Position numbers and translations under genes: made by a program
Notes under the pieces: generated by a model
Told to the model about the DNA's origin: nothing
Database searches by the model: none
The model's input: the letters and a program-made list of their open reading frames with translations, nothing else
Shown: positions 15,274 through 23,794 of the stretch, piece after piece
Numbering within the stretch: the first letter of the stretch is position 1
How the letters are laid out: every line of letters begins with the position of its first letter
DNA from: a virus
DNA length: 44,063 bases
Virus record (IMG/VR): IMGVR_UViG_3300045988_104774
Strand: one strand, 5' to 3'

Positions 15274-16701
15274 CTATTCTTCATCAAACAGCCCTTTTTC
15301 TTCCGGCTGTGCTTCCTCAACCATTGCTTTCGCATCCTCTTTCGTCATGCCCTCGAACTTCACGAAGTAGTACCACGCCGGAACCTTGCCTTGCGTAACA
15401 TACTGCCACCAGCGGCTACGATCCGCTTCCCGGTCATACAGTATGTCACCAAAGTCATATGTAACCTCATAAGGCCCTACAGGTGACAGGTTGTAAAGGT
15501 CTGCGTATACGTTAAGTGCGTATATGGTGGCATTAAGGCACGCTTCCAACTGATCGCGCACATCCTTGATAAACTGGACTGTGCGCTGCTGATCTGCTTC
15601 CACGCCGGTTGCCGTCTGAATACCAGAGGACTCGTTAAATACAAAGTACCCGTTCGCGAATCCGGCCTTGTATCCAATCTGGCTTAACAGGTTGTTGATG
15701 CCCTTTATTCTGACATCGGTGTTAAGCTGTGGGTTAATCTCCTGGTAAAACTCCTTTGTATCGTTGCCGAATACATTCTTAACGTAGTGCGGAAGCCCAA
15801 CCGCTTCCGCCGGGTCACGGTGTTTTATCTGCTGCCCGCTCTCACACATCAGTCTGTCATCTGCCAGTATGATCTTCTGGCTGTCAAATATCTCGCCCGC
15901 ATTCCGGCTGTATGCTATGTCAAGGTCTTTCAGTTCCTCTACGGCTTCGCGAAATATCGGCAGCCCAAGCGGGGATGATATGTCTACGTTGTTGGCCTGT
16001 GGCGTGCGGAAGATACCGAACATTGGCTTGTCCAGCGGCTCACCAGATGCCTTAAGAATCGGTGGCGTATCTTCCAACATGTCCGCCCATTTCGTCTTCG
16101 TCAACGGCACCGGATCACCCATGCTCTCAGCAGATTTAGAAACGTATGCCCGGTTACTCACATAATAGGGGTAGAGCGTCACGCCATCCTGTACCGTCTC
16201 CACAAACCTGTGGTACTCCAGACGTGTGTACCATTTCTTCCCGGACTGGTAGCTATCCTTGAAGATGATGCCGCGCACATCCAAGTTGTCATAGTCAATA
16301 AGCAGCACGTCCGCCGGTGTGAATACATCCAGGCTTGTGCCGTTTGGCTTCAGAAACACGGTGCCGTATGCGCATCCGTACTCCACCCAGTCGCGGAGTT
16401 TTGAATAAACAAGGTCTATCTGCTGCTGCAACCACACTGCCCGTGTGCTGCCCTCCAAATGTATTCCGATACCCAGTGTTGTCAGGCGGGCAGTTTCGGA
16501 GCAAAGAGCCTTTGCAAAGTTGATGGTCTTAATACCCTCATCATTGTCCAACCACTCCGGCTGACCGTGGTATATCTTCGCACACTGATCTATAGCTTTT
16601 TCCATCTCTGGAGATACGATGGATTCCACATCAAAGTCGTTCTCTGCCTGCCGTTTAAAAATCATGTTAAACCACCTTTTTATCGTTGATAATATCCCCA
16701 T
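15274..16701 (-). CDS. portal protein (SPP1 gp6-like)
   Basis: 475 aa, between the terminase and MuF-like genes. Confidence 0.8.
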   Translation of the reverse strand: MGILSTIKRWFNMIFKRQAENDFDVESIVSPEMEKAIDQCAKIYHGQPEWLDNDEGIKTINFAKALCSETARLTTLGIGIHLEGSTRAVWLQQQIDLVYSKLRDWVEYGCAYGTVFLKPNGTSLDVFTPADVLLIDYDNLDVRGIIFKDSYQSGKKWYTRLEYHRFVETVQDGVTLYPYYVSNRAYVSKSAESMGDPVPLTKTKWADMLEDTPPILKASGEPLDKPMFGIFRTPQANNVDISSPLGLPIFREAVEELKDLDIAYSRNAGEIFDSQKIILADDRLMCESGQQIKHRDPAEAVGLPHYVKNVFGNDTKEFYQEINPQLNTDVRIKGINNLLSQIGYKAGFANGYFVFNESSGIQTATGVEADQQRTVQFIKDVRDQLEACLNATIYALNVYADLYNLSPVGPYEVTYDFGDILYDREADRSRWWQYVTQGKVPAWYYFVKFEGMTKEDAKAMVEEAQPEEKGLFDEE

Positions 16702-17076
16702 TTATTCCTCACCCGTATCAGCTACGATAACACCAGTGCTACCGTACGGAGCACTGAGCTTTACAGTTCTCACCACGCCTTTTTCGATATCGTCCCTGTA
16801 TTCCACCTCAACCTCGCCATAGCTTGCATTTACACTGATAAGATTCCCCGCCGGAATTACGGTTTCGCCAACAATAACATGTGTGACTTTATTTGCCGTT
16901 CCCTTCTTCAAATCCTTCTTTATCCCTTTTCCGCAAACAGGACACCAATTAAGGTCAAATGGTTGAGATGTAACCCCTGCTTTTGTATAGTAAGAAGTCG
17001 CGTAAATCTGGCACCCATATTTGCATCCAACAAAGTTGTTCTTCAAAATGTTTAATTCATCGCAAAATTTACACAT
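16702..17076 (-). CDS. hypothetical zinc-ribbon protein
   Basis: MCKFCDEL..WCPVCGKG; ATG 17076 overlaps the terminase stop (TAATG); alternative upstream start at 17103. Confidence 0.5.
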   Translation of the reverse strand: MCKFCDELNILKNNFVGCKYGCQIYATSYYTKAGVTSQPFDLNWCPVCGKGIKKDLKKGTANKVTHVIVGETVIPAGNLISVNASYGEVEVEYRDDIEKGVVRTVKLSAPYGSTGVIVADTGEE

Positions 17077-18713
17077 TATGCACTGTTCCCCCTTCTCTCC
17101 CACAGCGATTCCGTAGCGTAACGGGTCGCATCAATTAAATGATTGTCCCGGTCCGGATAGCCGCTTATGATATTTTTATCCTTATCCCGGTCGTATTCGT
17201 ATTTCTTAAATTCTTTGCAGGATTCTGGTGTTCGGTTCGGGTCCATAACCAGTTTTTTCCCCTGTAGCCACTTCATGGAATATTCAACGCTTCCTGGGCC
17301 TTTCTTCGCCGGTCTTGCTGGTAATCCGCTGTCTCTGTAATCCGTCACAGATTTAGGCTCTGCGCTGTCGCAAGTTATAACATAGTCATCATATCCGCGC
17401 CGTTTTATCTCCGCAGATGTCCAACTGTTCGTTTTTTTGTTTTCGTACATCTCATCGATGAAGAATATAGTCTCACGTGCAGAATCGTAATATATTCGCA
17501 CAAAAGCATATTTATCCGGGAAAAATCCCCAGTCAACGCCCTGATAGATGCGGTCCATCTGGCTGATCTCTTCATCGGTTATGGTCCGCTCCTCGATAAA
17601 CTCAAAGACGTTTCCGCCGTTTCCGTTTGCTTCGCCCATGTACTCGTTTTCGTAGGCAGCAGGATTTACCTCTTTCAGATGCTCGGCATCATTGATGAAC
17701 TGTTCGCCCAACCATTCTGCCGGAACATCCTTGTATGTGCTTCGGACCACCTTTGCAGCAGCATCTTTAAACTCTGCTTCCGTGGTGTACTCATTCGCCC
17801 AGTTGTTTTTGCTCCTTGGCGGGTTGAATGATTTAAACCTGTAGGCCTTGTCACCGCCACGGATAGCTGACTGCTGTATGTTTCTGACCTCTTCCGGCCC
17901 GGCGAACTGATCCAGCTCCTCAAACCACGAGATACCGATATAACCAAACTCCGGCTTTATGGACTTAATTTTAAGCGGATCGTCAGCGCCGCGGAAGTAT
18001 ATCTTCTGCCCGGTCGGCTTGTATGTTATCTCAAACGGAGAAGTCTTGAACTTAAATTCGTCCTCCAGTCCCATCTTCGATATGGCCCACTTAATCTGTG
18101 CATAAACGGAATCCTTGATAGTGTTGCCGACCTTACGCAACACCAGGGCGTGCATATCTGAGTTGTTTTTCAGTATCTCTGTGATAATGCACGAAATCAC
18201 GGAAGACTTCGTGCTACCGCGTCCGCCGGGCAAAACATATTCTGTGTGTAGTCCGCGCCGGATGTCACGCACCATCGGGTGAAACACATCGGCTATGATA
18301 TCAAGGTCAAGATGGTACTCTCCCGCCGCTCTGGCGGCTTCCGCTGCTTTCTGCTGCGCTTCTTTCTGCTCCTTGATGGTGATTGACTTTTCGAGGTCAG
18401 ACATAGCCTTAAGCTGCTCAGAAAATGCCGGAGTGAATCCGAAGGAATCCTTCACCTCGCCCCGCGCGATCATGGCCCGCCGCTTCTGAATATCCGCAAG
18501 AGACATTGTGTCGGTACCGTTGCGCCTGTCAAGCTCTGCCTGCTTCTCCGCTATATAGGCTGCAATCTTAGGGTTTTTTAGGAGCTTCCCTGCGTTCGCC
18601 CCCACATTCTTCAACGAGTATCCCGCTGCCCTTGCCGCTTCGGCTGCATTTCCACCATTTTTTATGTAATTGTCTGCAAATGCTTTCTGCTTCGGTGTCA
18701 GCCCGGCGGCCAT
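17076..18713 (-). CDS. terminase: N-terminal small-subunit (Terminase_2-like HTH) domain fused to a PBSX-type large subunit
   Basis: aa 1-60 LTPKQKAFADNYIKNGGNAAEAARAAGYS..; Walker A LPGGRGSTKSS; ISWFEELDQF; nuclease-region GVDWGF, ITCDSAEP, HLIDATRYA. Confidence 0.8.
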   Translation of the reverse strand: MAAGLTPKQKAFADNYIKNGGNAAEAARAAGYSLKNVGANAGKLLKNPKIAAYIAEKQAELDRRNGTDTMSLADIQKRRAMIARGEVKDSFGFTPAFSEQLKAMSDLEKSITIKEQKEAQQKAAEAARAAGEYHLDLDIIADVFHPMVRDIRRGLHTEYVLPGGRGSTKSSVISCIITEILKNNSDMHALVLRKVGNTIKDSVYAQIKWAISKMGLEDEFKFKTSPFEITYKPTGQKIYFRGADDPLKIKSIKPEFGYIGISWFEELDQFAGPEEVRNIQQSAIRGGDKAYRFKSFNPPRSKNNWANEYTTEAEFKDAAAKVVRSTYKDVPAEWLGEQFINDAEHLKEVNPAAYENEYMGEANGNGGNVFEFIEERTITDEEISQMDRIYQGVDWGFFPDKYAFVRIYYDSARETIFFIDEMYENKKTNSWTSAEIKRRGYDDYVITCDSAEPKSVTDYRDSGLPARPAKKGPGSVEYSMKWLQGKKLVMDPNRTPESCKEFKKYEYDRDKDKNIISGYPDRDNHLIDATRYATESLWERRGNSA

Positions 18714-18734
18714 CTACTCACCATCCTGTCATTA

Positions 18735-18989
18735 CTACCAGTCTGCCAGTGCTTCCCACATCTCCTTTAAGGTCATGACAACATCAACCTGTGAGGCAGT
18801 CCTGATGATCTCATAGTCCTTTGTTTTCCACTTACCTTTCACATATTGCAGTGTAGGTGTGCTCACGCTGTACATGGTTATCATCCGGTTCTGATCCGCA
18901 CTGTAAAACTGGCTTGTTCCTATCTTTGTTACAAACTGCTTTGTGAGCAATGCTCTTTGCAGCTTTCTTTGTATCTGGTTAAGGTTCAT
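18735..18989 (-). CDS. hypothetical protein, first gene of the late operon
   Basis: 84-aa ORF just downstream of a strong terminator. Confidence 0.5.
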   Translation of the reverse strand: MNLNQIQRKLQRALLTKQFVTKIGTSQFYSADQNRMITMYSVSTPTLQYVKGKWKTKDYEIIRTASQVDVVMTLKEMWEALADW

Positions 18990-19020
18990 ATACTATCACC
19001 CTATTTTGATTTTATATTAC

Positions 19021-19065
19021 ACAAAAACATGGCGTATCCCCTTGTTGTGAGGATACGCCATGTTT
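19021..19065 (-). terminator. strong rho-independent terminator separating the early/middle genes from the late operon
   Basis: 15-bp stem AAACATGGCGTATCC/GGATACGCCATGTTT followed on the minus strand by UUUUUGU. Confidence 0.8.
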
Positions 19066-19084
19066 CTTGACGATGTATTATATT

Positions 19085-19261
19085 TCAGTTTTCCGAATCA
19101 AGCCAGCCTCTTATAAAATCTCGGCCATAATCATGCTTACACTCTTCAAGGCATCCGAACCCAAAATCCGGGCATCTTTCATCGCAGTCAAAATTTTTTT
19201 CATGAAGCATTTCAATCAAATCCTCTTCACTTGCGCTTCTTATAACGTCTATGTTCTTCAT
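19085..19261 (-). CDS. hypothetical small Cys-containing protein
   Basis: Start trimmed to MKNIDVIRSASEED.. behind AAGGAG. Confidence 0.45.
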   Translation of the reverse strand: MKNIDVIRSASEEDLIEMLHEKNFDCDERCPDFGFGCLEECKHDYGRDFIRGWLDSEN

Positions 19262-19338
19262 TTCGCGCTCCTTGCCTTTAAAGCTTCCTCCTGAGTTAAG
19301 AAAAAGCTTTCTCCAATATCTGATACCGGAGTTGACCA

Positions 19339-19527
19339 CTATTCGCCCTCTCCGCAAAGTTGCATATACCACTCTTTCTCTGGGTAATCTTCTTCGTAGT
19401 CTTCCTCATCTTCTCCCATCATTCTTCCGATGCGGTAGCCTATAACATGAAACGGCTTGTATGGTTCATCTTTTAACCAAAGCACCCCGCCAACTCTTAC
19501 AGGCATTTCAAATATTCTCTTGTCCAT
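19339..19527 (-). CDS. hypothetical protein
   Basis: 62-aa ORF, packed in the operon. Confidence 0.45.
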   Translation of the reverse strand: MDKRIFEMPVRVGGVLWLKDEPYKPFHVIGYRIGRMMGEDEEDYEEDYPEKEWYMQLCGEGE

Positions 19528-19532
19528 TTTAA

Positions 19533-19928
19533 TTAATCCTCCTTATATTCTTCCACATCCCAATCCAGTTTCTGCCCGCACGCCCAACAGAAAGAATACT
19601 TACCACCTGTTGTTACCTCTCCAGTGCCGACAAACTGCACCTCGCTCTGATCGGCTTCGCAGGCCGGGCATAGCCAGGGTGTTCCATAGCTCTGTTTCCG
19701 GTACAAAACCTTCTGTGGCTTGTTCCGTGCTTCCAGCTCCGCTATGACATGGTCTTTCTCACATTCACTGCACCTCTCGTGTGTAGCTCCAAACGATGCG
19801 CCGCCAATGGAACATTTACTGTATGCCAGGCCCTTTTTGTACTTCTTGCAGTTATGGCGGCTACTCAGATATTCGCAGTCCGGCTCGCAGTATTCATTGC
19901 TTTTTATATTTATTGCGCTAGTTTCCAT
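19533..19928 (-). CDS. Cys-rich protein with C-terminal zinc ribbon
   Basis: 10 Cys; LCPACEAD..FCWACGQKLDWD. Confidence 0.5.
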   Translation of the reverse strand: METSAINIKSNEYCEPDCEYLSSRHNCKKYKKGLAYSKCSIGGASFGATHERCSECEKDHVIAELEARNKPQKVLYRKQSYGTPWLCPACEADQSEVQFVGTGEVTTGGKYSFCWACGQKLDWDVEEYKED

Positions 19929-19948
19929 AATATTTACCTACCTTCCCG

Positions 19949-20308
19949 TTATACATCCACTGCGTCCACATCCTCCATGTTCTCCCAGTCCAACAGAGTG
20001 CCACACTTACCGCAATAGCTATTCTCATTACCGTCTGGGTTCTCCATGTATTCGGCACTTCCGCATACCGGGCAGAATGGCGCAAGGTTATATGCGTACT
20101 GCACCGGATACTTTGGCTGTTTGTAAAGCTCACTGATCGGTATGCTCAACGCTGTTGCAATTCTTTCTACCGTACTGGCCCGTGGATTGCTCTTTCCGTT
20201 TTCATAACGTCTGTACTGAGGTTCAAGCATTCCACACAGTTTTGCAGCCTGCAATTGGGTAAGACCTTTCTTGGTGCGAATTCTTTTAATATTCTTACCA
20301 ATATCCAT
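19949..20308 (-). CDS. XRE-family HTH regulator fused to a C-terminal zinc ribbon
   Basis: IKRIRTKKGLTQLQAAKLCGMLEPQYRRYENGKSNP; FCPVCGS..YCGKCGTLLDWE. Confidence 0.7.
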   Translation of the reverse strand: MDIGKNIKRIRTKKGLTQLQAAKLCGMLEPQYRRYENGKSNPRASTVERIATALSIPISELYKQPKYPVQYAYNLAPFCPVCGSAEYMENPDGNENSYCGKCGTLLDWENMEDVDAVDV

Positions 20309-20467
20309 TTATTTTTCTTCCTCCCACACGCATCTTTGCATTGCTCCCATTATAATGCCGCAGATCTGGTTGTATTCATCATGGGTAAGAATACGCCAGC
20401 TTGTGATATCACGGATGAGTTCCCGCAGTTTCCGGCACTCCACTGTCGTTATTGTGTTCTCTTCCAT
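20309..20467 (-). CDS. hypothetical 52-aa protein
   Basis: My translation MEENTITTVECRKLRELIRDITSWRILTHDEYNQICGIIMGAMQRCVWEEEK; AAGGAG RBS; its stop abuts the next ATG (TAAATG). Confidence 0.5.
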   Translation of the reverse strand: MEENTITTVECRKLRELIRDITSWRILTHDEYNQICGIIMGAMQRCVWEEEK

Positions 20468-20476
20468 TATTGCTCC

Positions 20477-20662
20477 TTAAATCTGTACCATTTCCCGAAC
20501 ATCTCTCAGCGTTTTCGGTGTTGATTGTGCATAATACATGCTTGTCACCGCCGGACTGGCATGTCCAAGAATTTCCTGTATTCTGGCCCATAGTATCCTC
20601 CTCTTGCGTAATCCGCTTAAGTTTGATACAATGGGCCTAAGCAGATTAGGTAAGTGGTGGAA
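20477..20662 (-). pseudogene. C-terminal remnant of a tyrosine recombinase (no start codon)
   Basis: Frame reads ..FHHLPNLLRPIVSNLSGLRKRRILWARIQEILGHASPAVTSMYYAQSTPKTLRDVREMVQI*; LGH..T..Y is the box II / catalytic Tyr region; in-frame TGA upstream. Confidence 0.5.
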
Positions 20663-20706
20663 TCATCTTGGCGGGTGTCCACCACTTGTTTTAATGTGCC
20701 ATAATC

Positions 20707-21018
20707 CTAAATCCCCTTATGTTTATAGTCCCACAAGCCGAACAGCTTCAGCCTGTGATAAAACTCTGCTTTGACTTTTCTTCGATAGCCGTAAAAATCA
20801 TCGGTCTTGGCCGGAATGTCCCGGCCTTTTCGTAAAAGACTGTAATACCCGGCTTCTTTCGGATCCTTTGCCGTCAAGCTCTCATATATTACTATCTCCA
20901 TGCCGGGAGCCTTTGATATTGCGCATCCGAAAAGGATAAGCTTTATCTCAGGATCCGGGCTGCGACAGTAAGTGTCAAGCTGGGATTCGTCCTCTTTGGG
21001 TACGTCATAATCAATCAT
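20707..21018 (-). CDS. hypothetical protein
   Basis: Start trimmed to MIDYDVPKED.., overlapping the upstream stop (ATGATTGA). Confidence 0.5.
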   Translation of the reverse strand: MIDYDVPKEDESQLDTYCRSPDPEIKLILFGCAISKAPGMEIVIYESLTAKDPKEAGYYSLLRKGRDIPAKTDDFYGYRRKVKAEFYHRLKLFGLWDYKHKGI

Positions 21019-21334
21019 CTTTGCTTCCCTTGTTCTCATCCTCTGGCTCCATTTCTGGTATGATCTTGATTCTACTCAAATCATACCGGCTGTTAAGTAA
21101 CTGAGTCCTCACCTTTTCATATTCCAAAGATAACCTGCGCATTTCTTTCGCCAACGGCTTGCTGTCTACTGCCTTAAATTCATACTCGCCGTAAAGCCGT
21201 AAGCCATTCATGGCATATACGCCAACAGTTCCCTCTTTGCATTTAAGCAGGTTTGCAATCTCTTTTGCAGTGTGCATTCCAACAAACTGCTCATTTTTCT
21301 TAACGCTGTAAATTGTTACCGCCGTCTGCCTCAC
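21011..21334 (-). CDS. putative HTH DNA-binding protein
   Basis: GTG start behind AGGAGGTG; HTAKEIANLLKCKEGTVGVYAMNG is HTH-like. Confidence 0.45.
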   Translation of the reverse strand: MRQTAVTIYSVKKNEQFVGMHTAKEIANLLKCKEGTVGVYAMNGLRLYGEYEFKAVDSKPLAKEMRRLSLEYEKVRTQLLNSRYDLSRIKIIPEMEPEDENKGSKDD

Positions 21335-21371
21335 CTCCTAAATTTCAACTCGTCTTGTTTAAAATCTTGTG

Positions 21372-21428
21372 TTAACTCAACTCGCAGTTGAATTAAAACG
21401 AGTTAAATTGAGTTAAATTTCAGTTTAT
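21372..21428. promoter_or_regulatory. TTGAGTTAAA-type repeat array, copy B
   Basis: ttaactcaactcgcagttgaattaaaacgagttaaattgagttaaatttcagttta; near-duplicate of 29563..29620. Confidence 0.6.
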
Positions 21429-21432
21429 CTCG

Positions 21433-21669
21433 CTACATTCCCATTATTTTATTCAAAGTAAACATAGCGTTTTCGTCCATATCTTCGTCATATTTAAGTT
21501 TAAGAAAATCCGTGTCTATTTTTGTGAGCCTAATAGATATATCCTTATATGCCAATGCTTTTCTGCACCTGTCAGCAAGTCTTTTGGCTATTCTGCTTTC
21601 ATCCTCATCTTGTTCACATAACGCAATAATATTCTTTAAATCATTGTCTGTGTATTTAGAGTTATACAT
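21433..21669 (-). CDS. hypothetical protein
   Basis: 78-aa ORF, AT-rich. Confidence 0.45.
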   Translation of the reverse strand: MYNSKYTDNDLKNIIALCEQDEDESRIAKRLADRCRKALAYKDISIRLTKIDTDFLKLKYDEDMDENAMFTLNKIMGM

Positions 21670-21704
21670 ATTTTACCTCCACTAAATCTTAATTTCAGTT
21701 TAGT

Positions 21705-22643
21705 TCACTCATACCCTTCAAAGCTCAGTTGTCCAGGTACATTCCCTTCTTCCATCCACCAGCTAAAAACGTCGTTCCCGTCTTTCCACCTGGGTTTTCT
21801 TCCTGTTCCATCATTCCTCATTGCTTCCAGCATATTGTCAAAAGCTCTGATATACGCTCGCTTGTATGTCGGGAACGTGGAAAATTCAAAATATCTGTTC
21901 TTTCCTGCCATCGGACAGCCTACGCAGCCACATCTTGAAAAACCCATGTTGTAAAGCGGATTGATATGAATTCCTTCACCAGCAATGAAGCGTGCTATAT
22001 CGTAGTCCGTCCACTCTATTATTGGATTGCAAACGGTTTTGGCTTTTAACTCGCATTTTTCGATGAATTTTCTTTTCTTTGAGTTATCATTCATCAGCAT
22101 AATTTCCGAAATACCTGGGATTGTCATTTGCTCAAATTCTTCAGTTTCCCCTTGATTTTCCGACATTTCCGAATCAGATATTTTTATCTTATCTTTTTTA
22201 GTTTTCCCTAATACCTCATACTCTCCCCTATCAGCCCTTGCGCTGCTTTCATCCCACCGCACGCCTGTCGCTATCATTCTGTTTTTACAAGCGTCTTCTT
22301 TCAGGTATGCACAACAATATCTCGCCCACCTGGTTGGCGGCATTTTCTTTTTTACAATCAACTGCCACATCGAAAGGGCCGGGTATTGGATTGTACATTT
22401 AATTCCATTCGACTCTAATTTTTTGAATACTTTTCTAATATGATAAACTGTCTGCGGCGCATCTATGGTTGTATGGCTGTGATGTACTTCGAACGGAACA
22501 CCGGACCTTTTAAAAAGTTCCAGCATAACATCAGAATCTTTTCCTCCGGAATATGTACATACAACCGGCGCGCGGTAATGGCTCAAGCTCATTTCAGACG
22601 CCAGTCTGATTCGTTCTATTGCTTTTTGTTCTAAATCCATCAT
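21705..22643 (-). CDS. PAPS reductase / PP-loop ATPase family protein (IbrA/DndC-like)
   Basis: PP-loop YSGGKDSDV; C-terminal Cys cluster FSRCGCVGCPMAG. Confidence 0.7.
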   Translation of the reverse strand: MMDLEQKAIERIRLASEMSLSHYRAPVVCTYSGGKDSDVMLELFKRSGVPFEVHHSHTTIDAPQTVYHIRKVFKKLESNGIKCTIQYPALSMWQLIVKKKMPPTRWARYCCAYLKEDACKNRMIATGVRWDESSARADRGEYEVLGKTKKDKIKISDSEMSENQGETEEFEQMTIPGISEIMLMNDNSKKRKFIEKCELKAKTVCNPIIEWTDYDIARFIAGEGIHINPLYNMGFSRCGCVGCPMAGKNRYFEFSTFPTYKRAYIRAFDNMLEAMRNDGTGRKPRWKDGNDVFSWWMEEGNVPGQLSFEGYE

Positions 22644-22830
22644 TTCTCCTAAATCCTAATTTACTTTTTCTTCCCGCCTGTCCGGCTGCGCTTATGCCAG
22701 GCTCTCCGGCGCTGGATCCGCCCGTAGCGTTCCAGCAGCCGATCAATCTTTTCGGCTTTCCCTTTTTCAAGCAACACAAATTCCATAGTTCTCATCCCTC
22801 CCGGTATGGCTCCGCAGCTGCATCCGGATC

Positions 22831-23013
22831 TTAATCCGGATCATCTGAACCATCATCATCATTCCAATATTCTTCAAAGTTCTTCACTGACATCTGCACA
22901 AATTTCTCATAAGCAGCCGCTTCCTCGTCAGTCAGTTCCTTATTAGCCACCCTTGGTGGTTCTAACATAACAATTCCATATTTGACACGGATCTCTGATC
23001 TGGTCATGTTCAT
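22831..23013 (-). CDS. hypothetical acidic protein
   Basis: 60-aa ORF; ATGA overlap with the upstream gene. Confidence 0.45.
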   Translation of the reverse strand: MNMTRSEIRVKYGIVMLEPPRVANKELTDEEAAAYEKFVQMSVKNFEEYWNDDDGSDDPD

Positions 23014-23585
23014 TCCTCCCGGTACGGTTCCGGTAATGGCATCCAGGCCACCGGTTTTCCGATTGATTCACCGTTAAGCCTAATTACTGGGTCAACTTCC
23101 CATACTCCATCGACAGTCATTGCCGTTACCGCAAAATATTTCCCTCCATACCAATTCGTTAATACAAGTACGCGTTCCGAACTTTTTTCATACATTCCGA
23201 CATCCCATCTGCTAGTTCCCTTTAATTTCAAAAAGCCAGAATTGAACTCTTTTGGCATTCGCTCAGATACCGGGATCCATCCCGTTTCTTTGCTTCCCAT
23301 ATGCTTGATGATATCCATGACCTGGTCATACATCAGATCCAAGCCTATCTTAAACCAGCGTTCATTCTTGTATGGTTCAAGTCCGCCTAAGTCCTGATGC
23401 GTATTCTCAACCTGCCGTTTAATTTCTTGCACGCAATTTACACTTTTGCACTCACCAACGGCCTTTATGCAGTTCTGAATAGTATCATATGCTGAATCAT
23501 TCTGGCGCCTGCCATATATAGGTGCGTTCTGTAATGCGTAGTCATTCAGGCGGCTTATCAGTGCGTCTGCGTTAATCAGTCTCAT
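23010..23585 (-). CDS. DUF551-like phage protein
   Basis: GWIPVSERMPKE .. KPVAWMPLPEPY pattern typical of DUF551 as I recall. Confidence 0.45.
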   Translation of the reverse strand: MRLINADALISRLNDYALQNAPIYGRRQNDSAYDTIQNCIKAVGECKSVNCVQEIKRQVENTHQDLGGLEPYKNERWFKIGLDLMYDQVMDIIKHMGSKETGWIPVSERMPKEFNSGFLKLKGTSRWDVGMYEKSSERVLVLTNWYGGKYFAVTAMTVDGVWEVDPVIRLNGESIGKPVAWMPLPEPYREE

Positions 23586-23794
23586 TTTTTCATCCCTTCA
23601 GCTTTTACGATGTTCTCCTTAACCATTATTACCTGCACCTGTTCTGCCGGAATATCCGCATACTCTCCGGTATCCAACATCACACCGTATACACCATCAT
23701 AGCTGCCGATCACGGTACCGCAGAATCTGTGATGCTTGTGTTCTGCGCTCATGATTCTCACGCGGATATCAAAACCTTTTAAAAGCTTTATCAT
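23582..23794 (-). CDS. hypothetical protein
   Basis: Start trimmed to MIKLLKGF.. (ATGA overlap, GGAGGGG RBS). Confidence 0.45.
   Translation of the reverse strand: MIKLLKGFDIRVRIMSAEHKHHRFCGTVIGSYDGVYGVMLDTGEYADIPAEQVQVIMVKENIVKAEGMKK

Noticed and set aside
20409-20591. 60-aa ORF with a strong AGGAGG-6 nt-ATG start
   Set aside because: The product (MGQNTGNSWTCQSGGDKHV..) is an off-frame reading of the integrase remnant and overlaps the well-supported 52-aa gene by 59 nt. I kept it only as a note under the pseudogene finding, because the RBS is genuinely strong.
22594-22795. Small Arg/Lys-rich ORFs between the PAPS-reductase gene and 22831..23013
   Set aside because: Two overlapping frames are open (44 aa MRTMEFVLLEKGKAEK.. 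and the 61-aa track ORF). Neither is distinctive enough to call.
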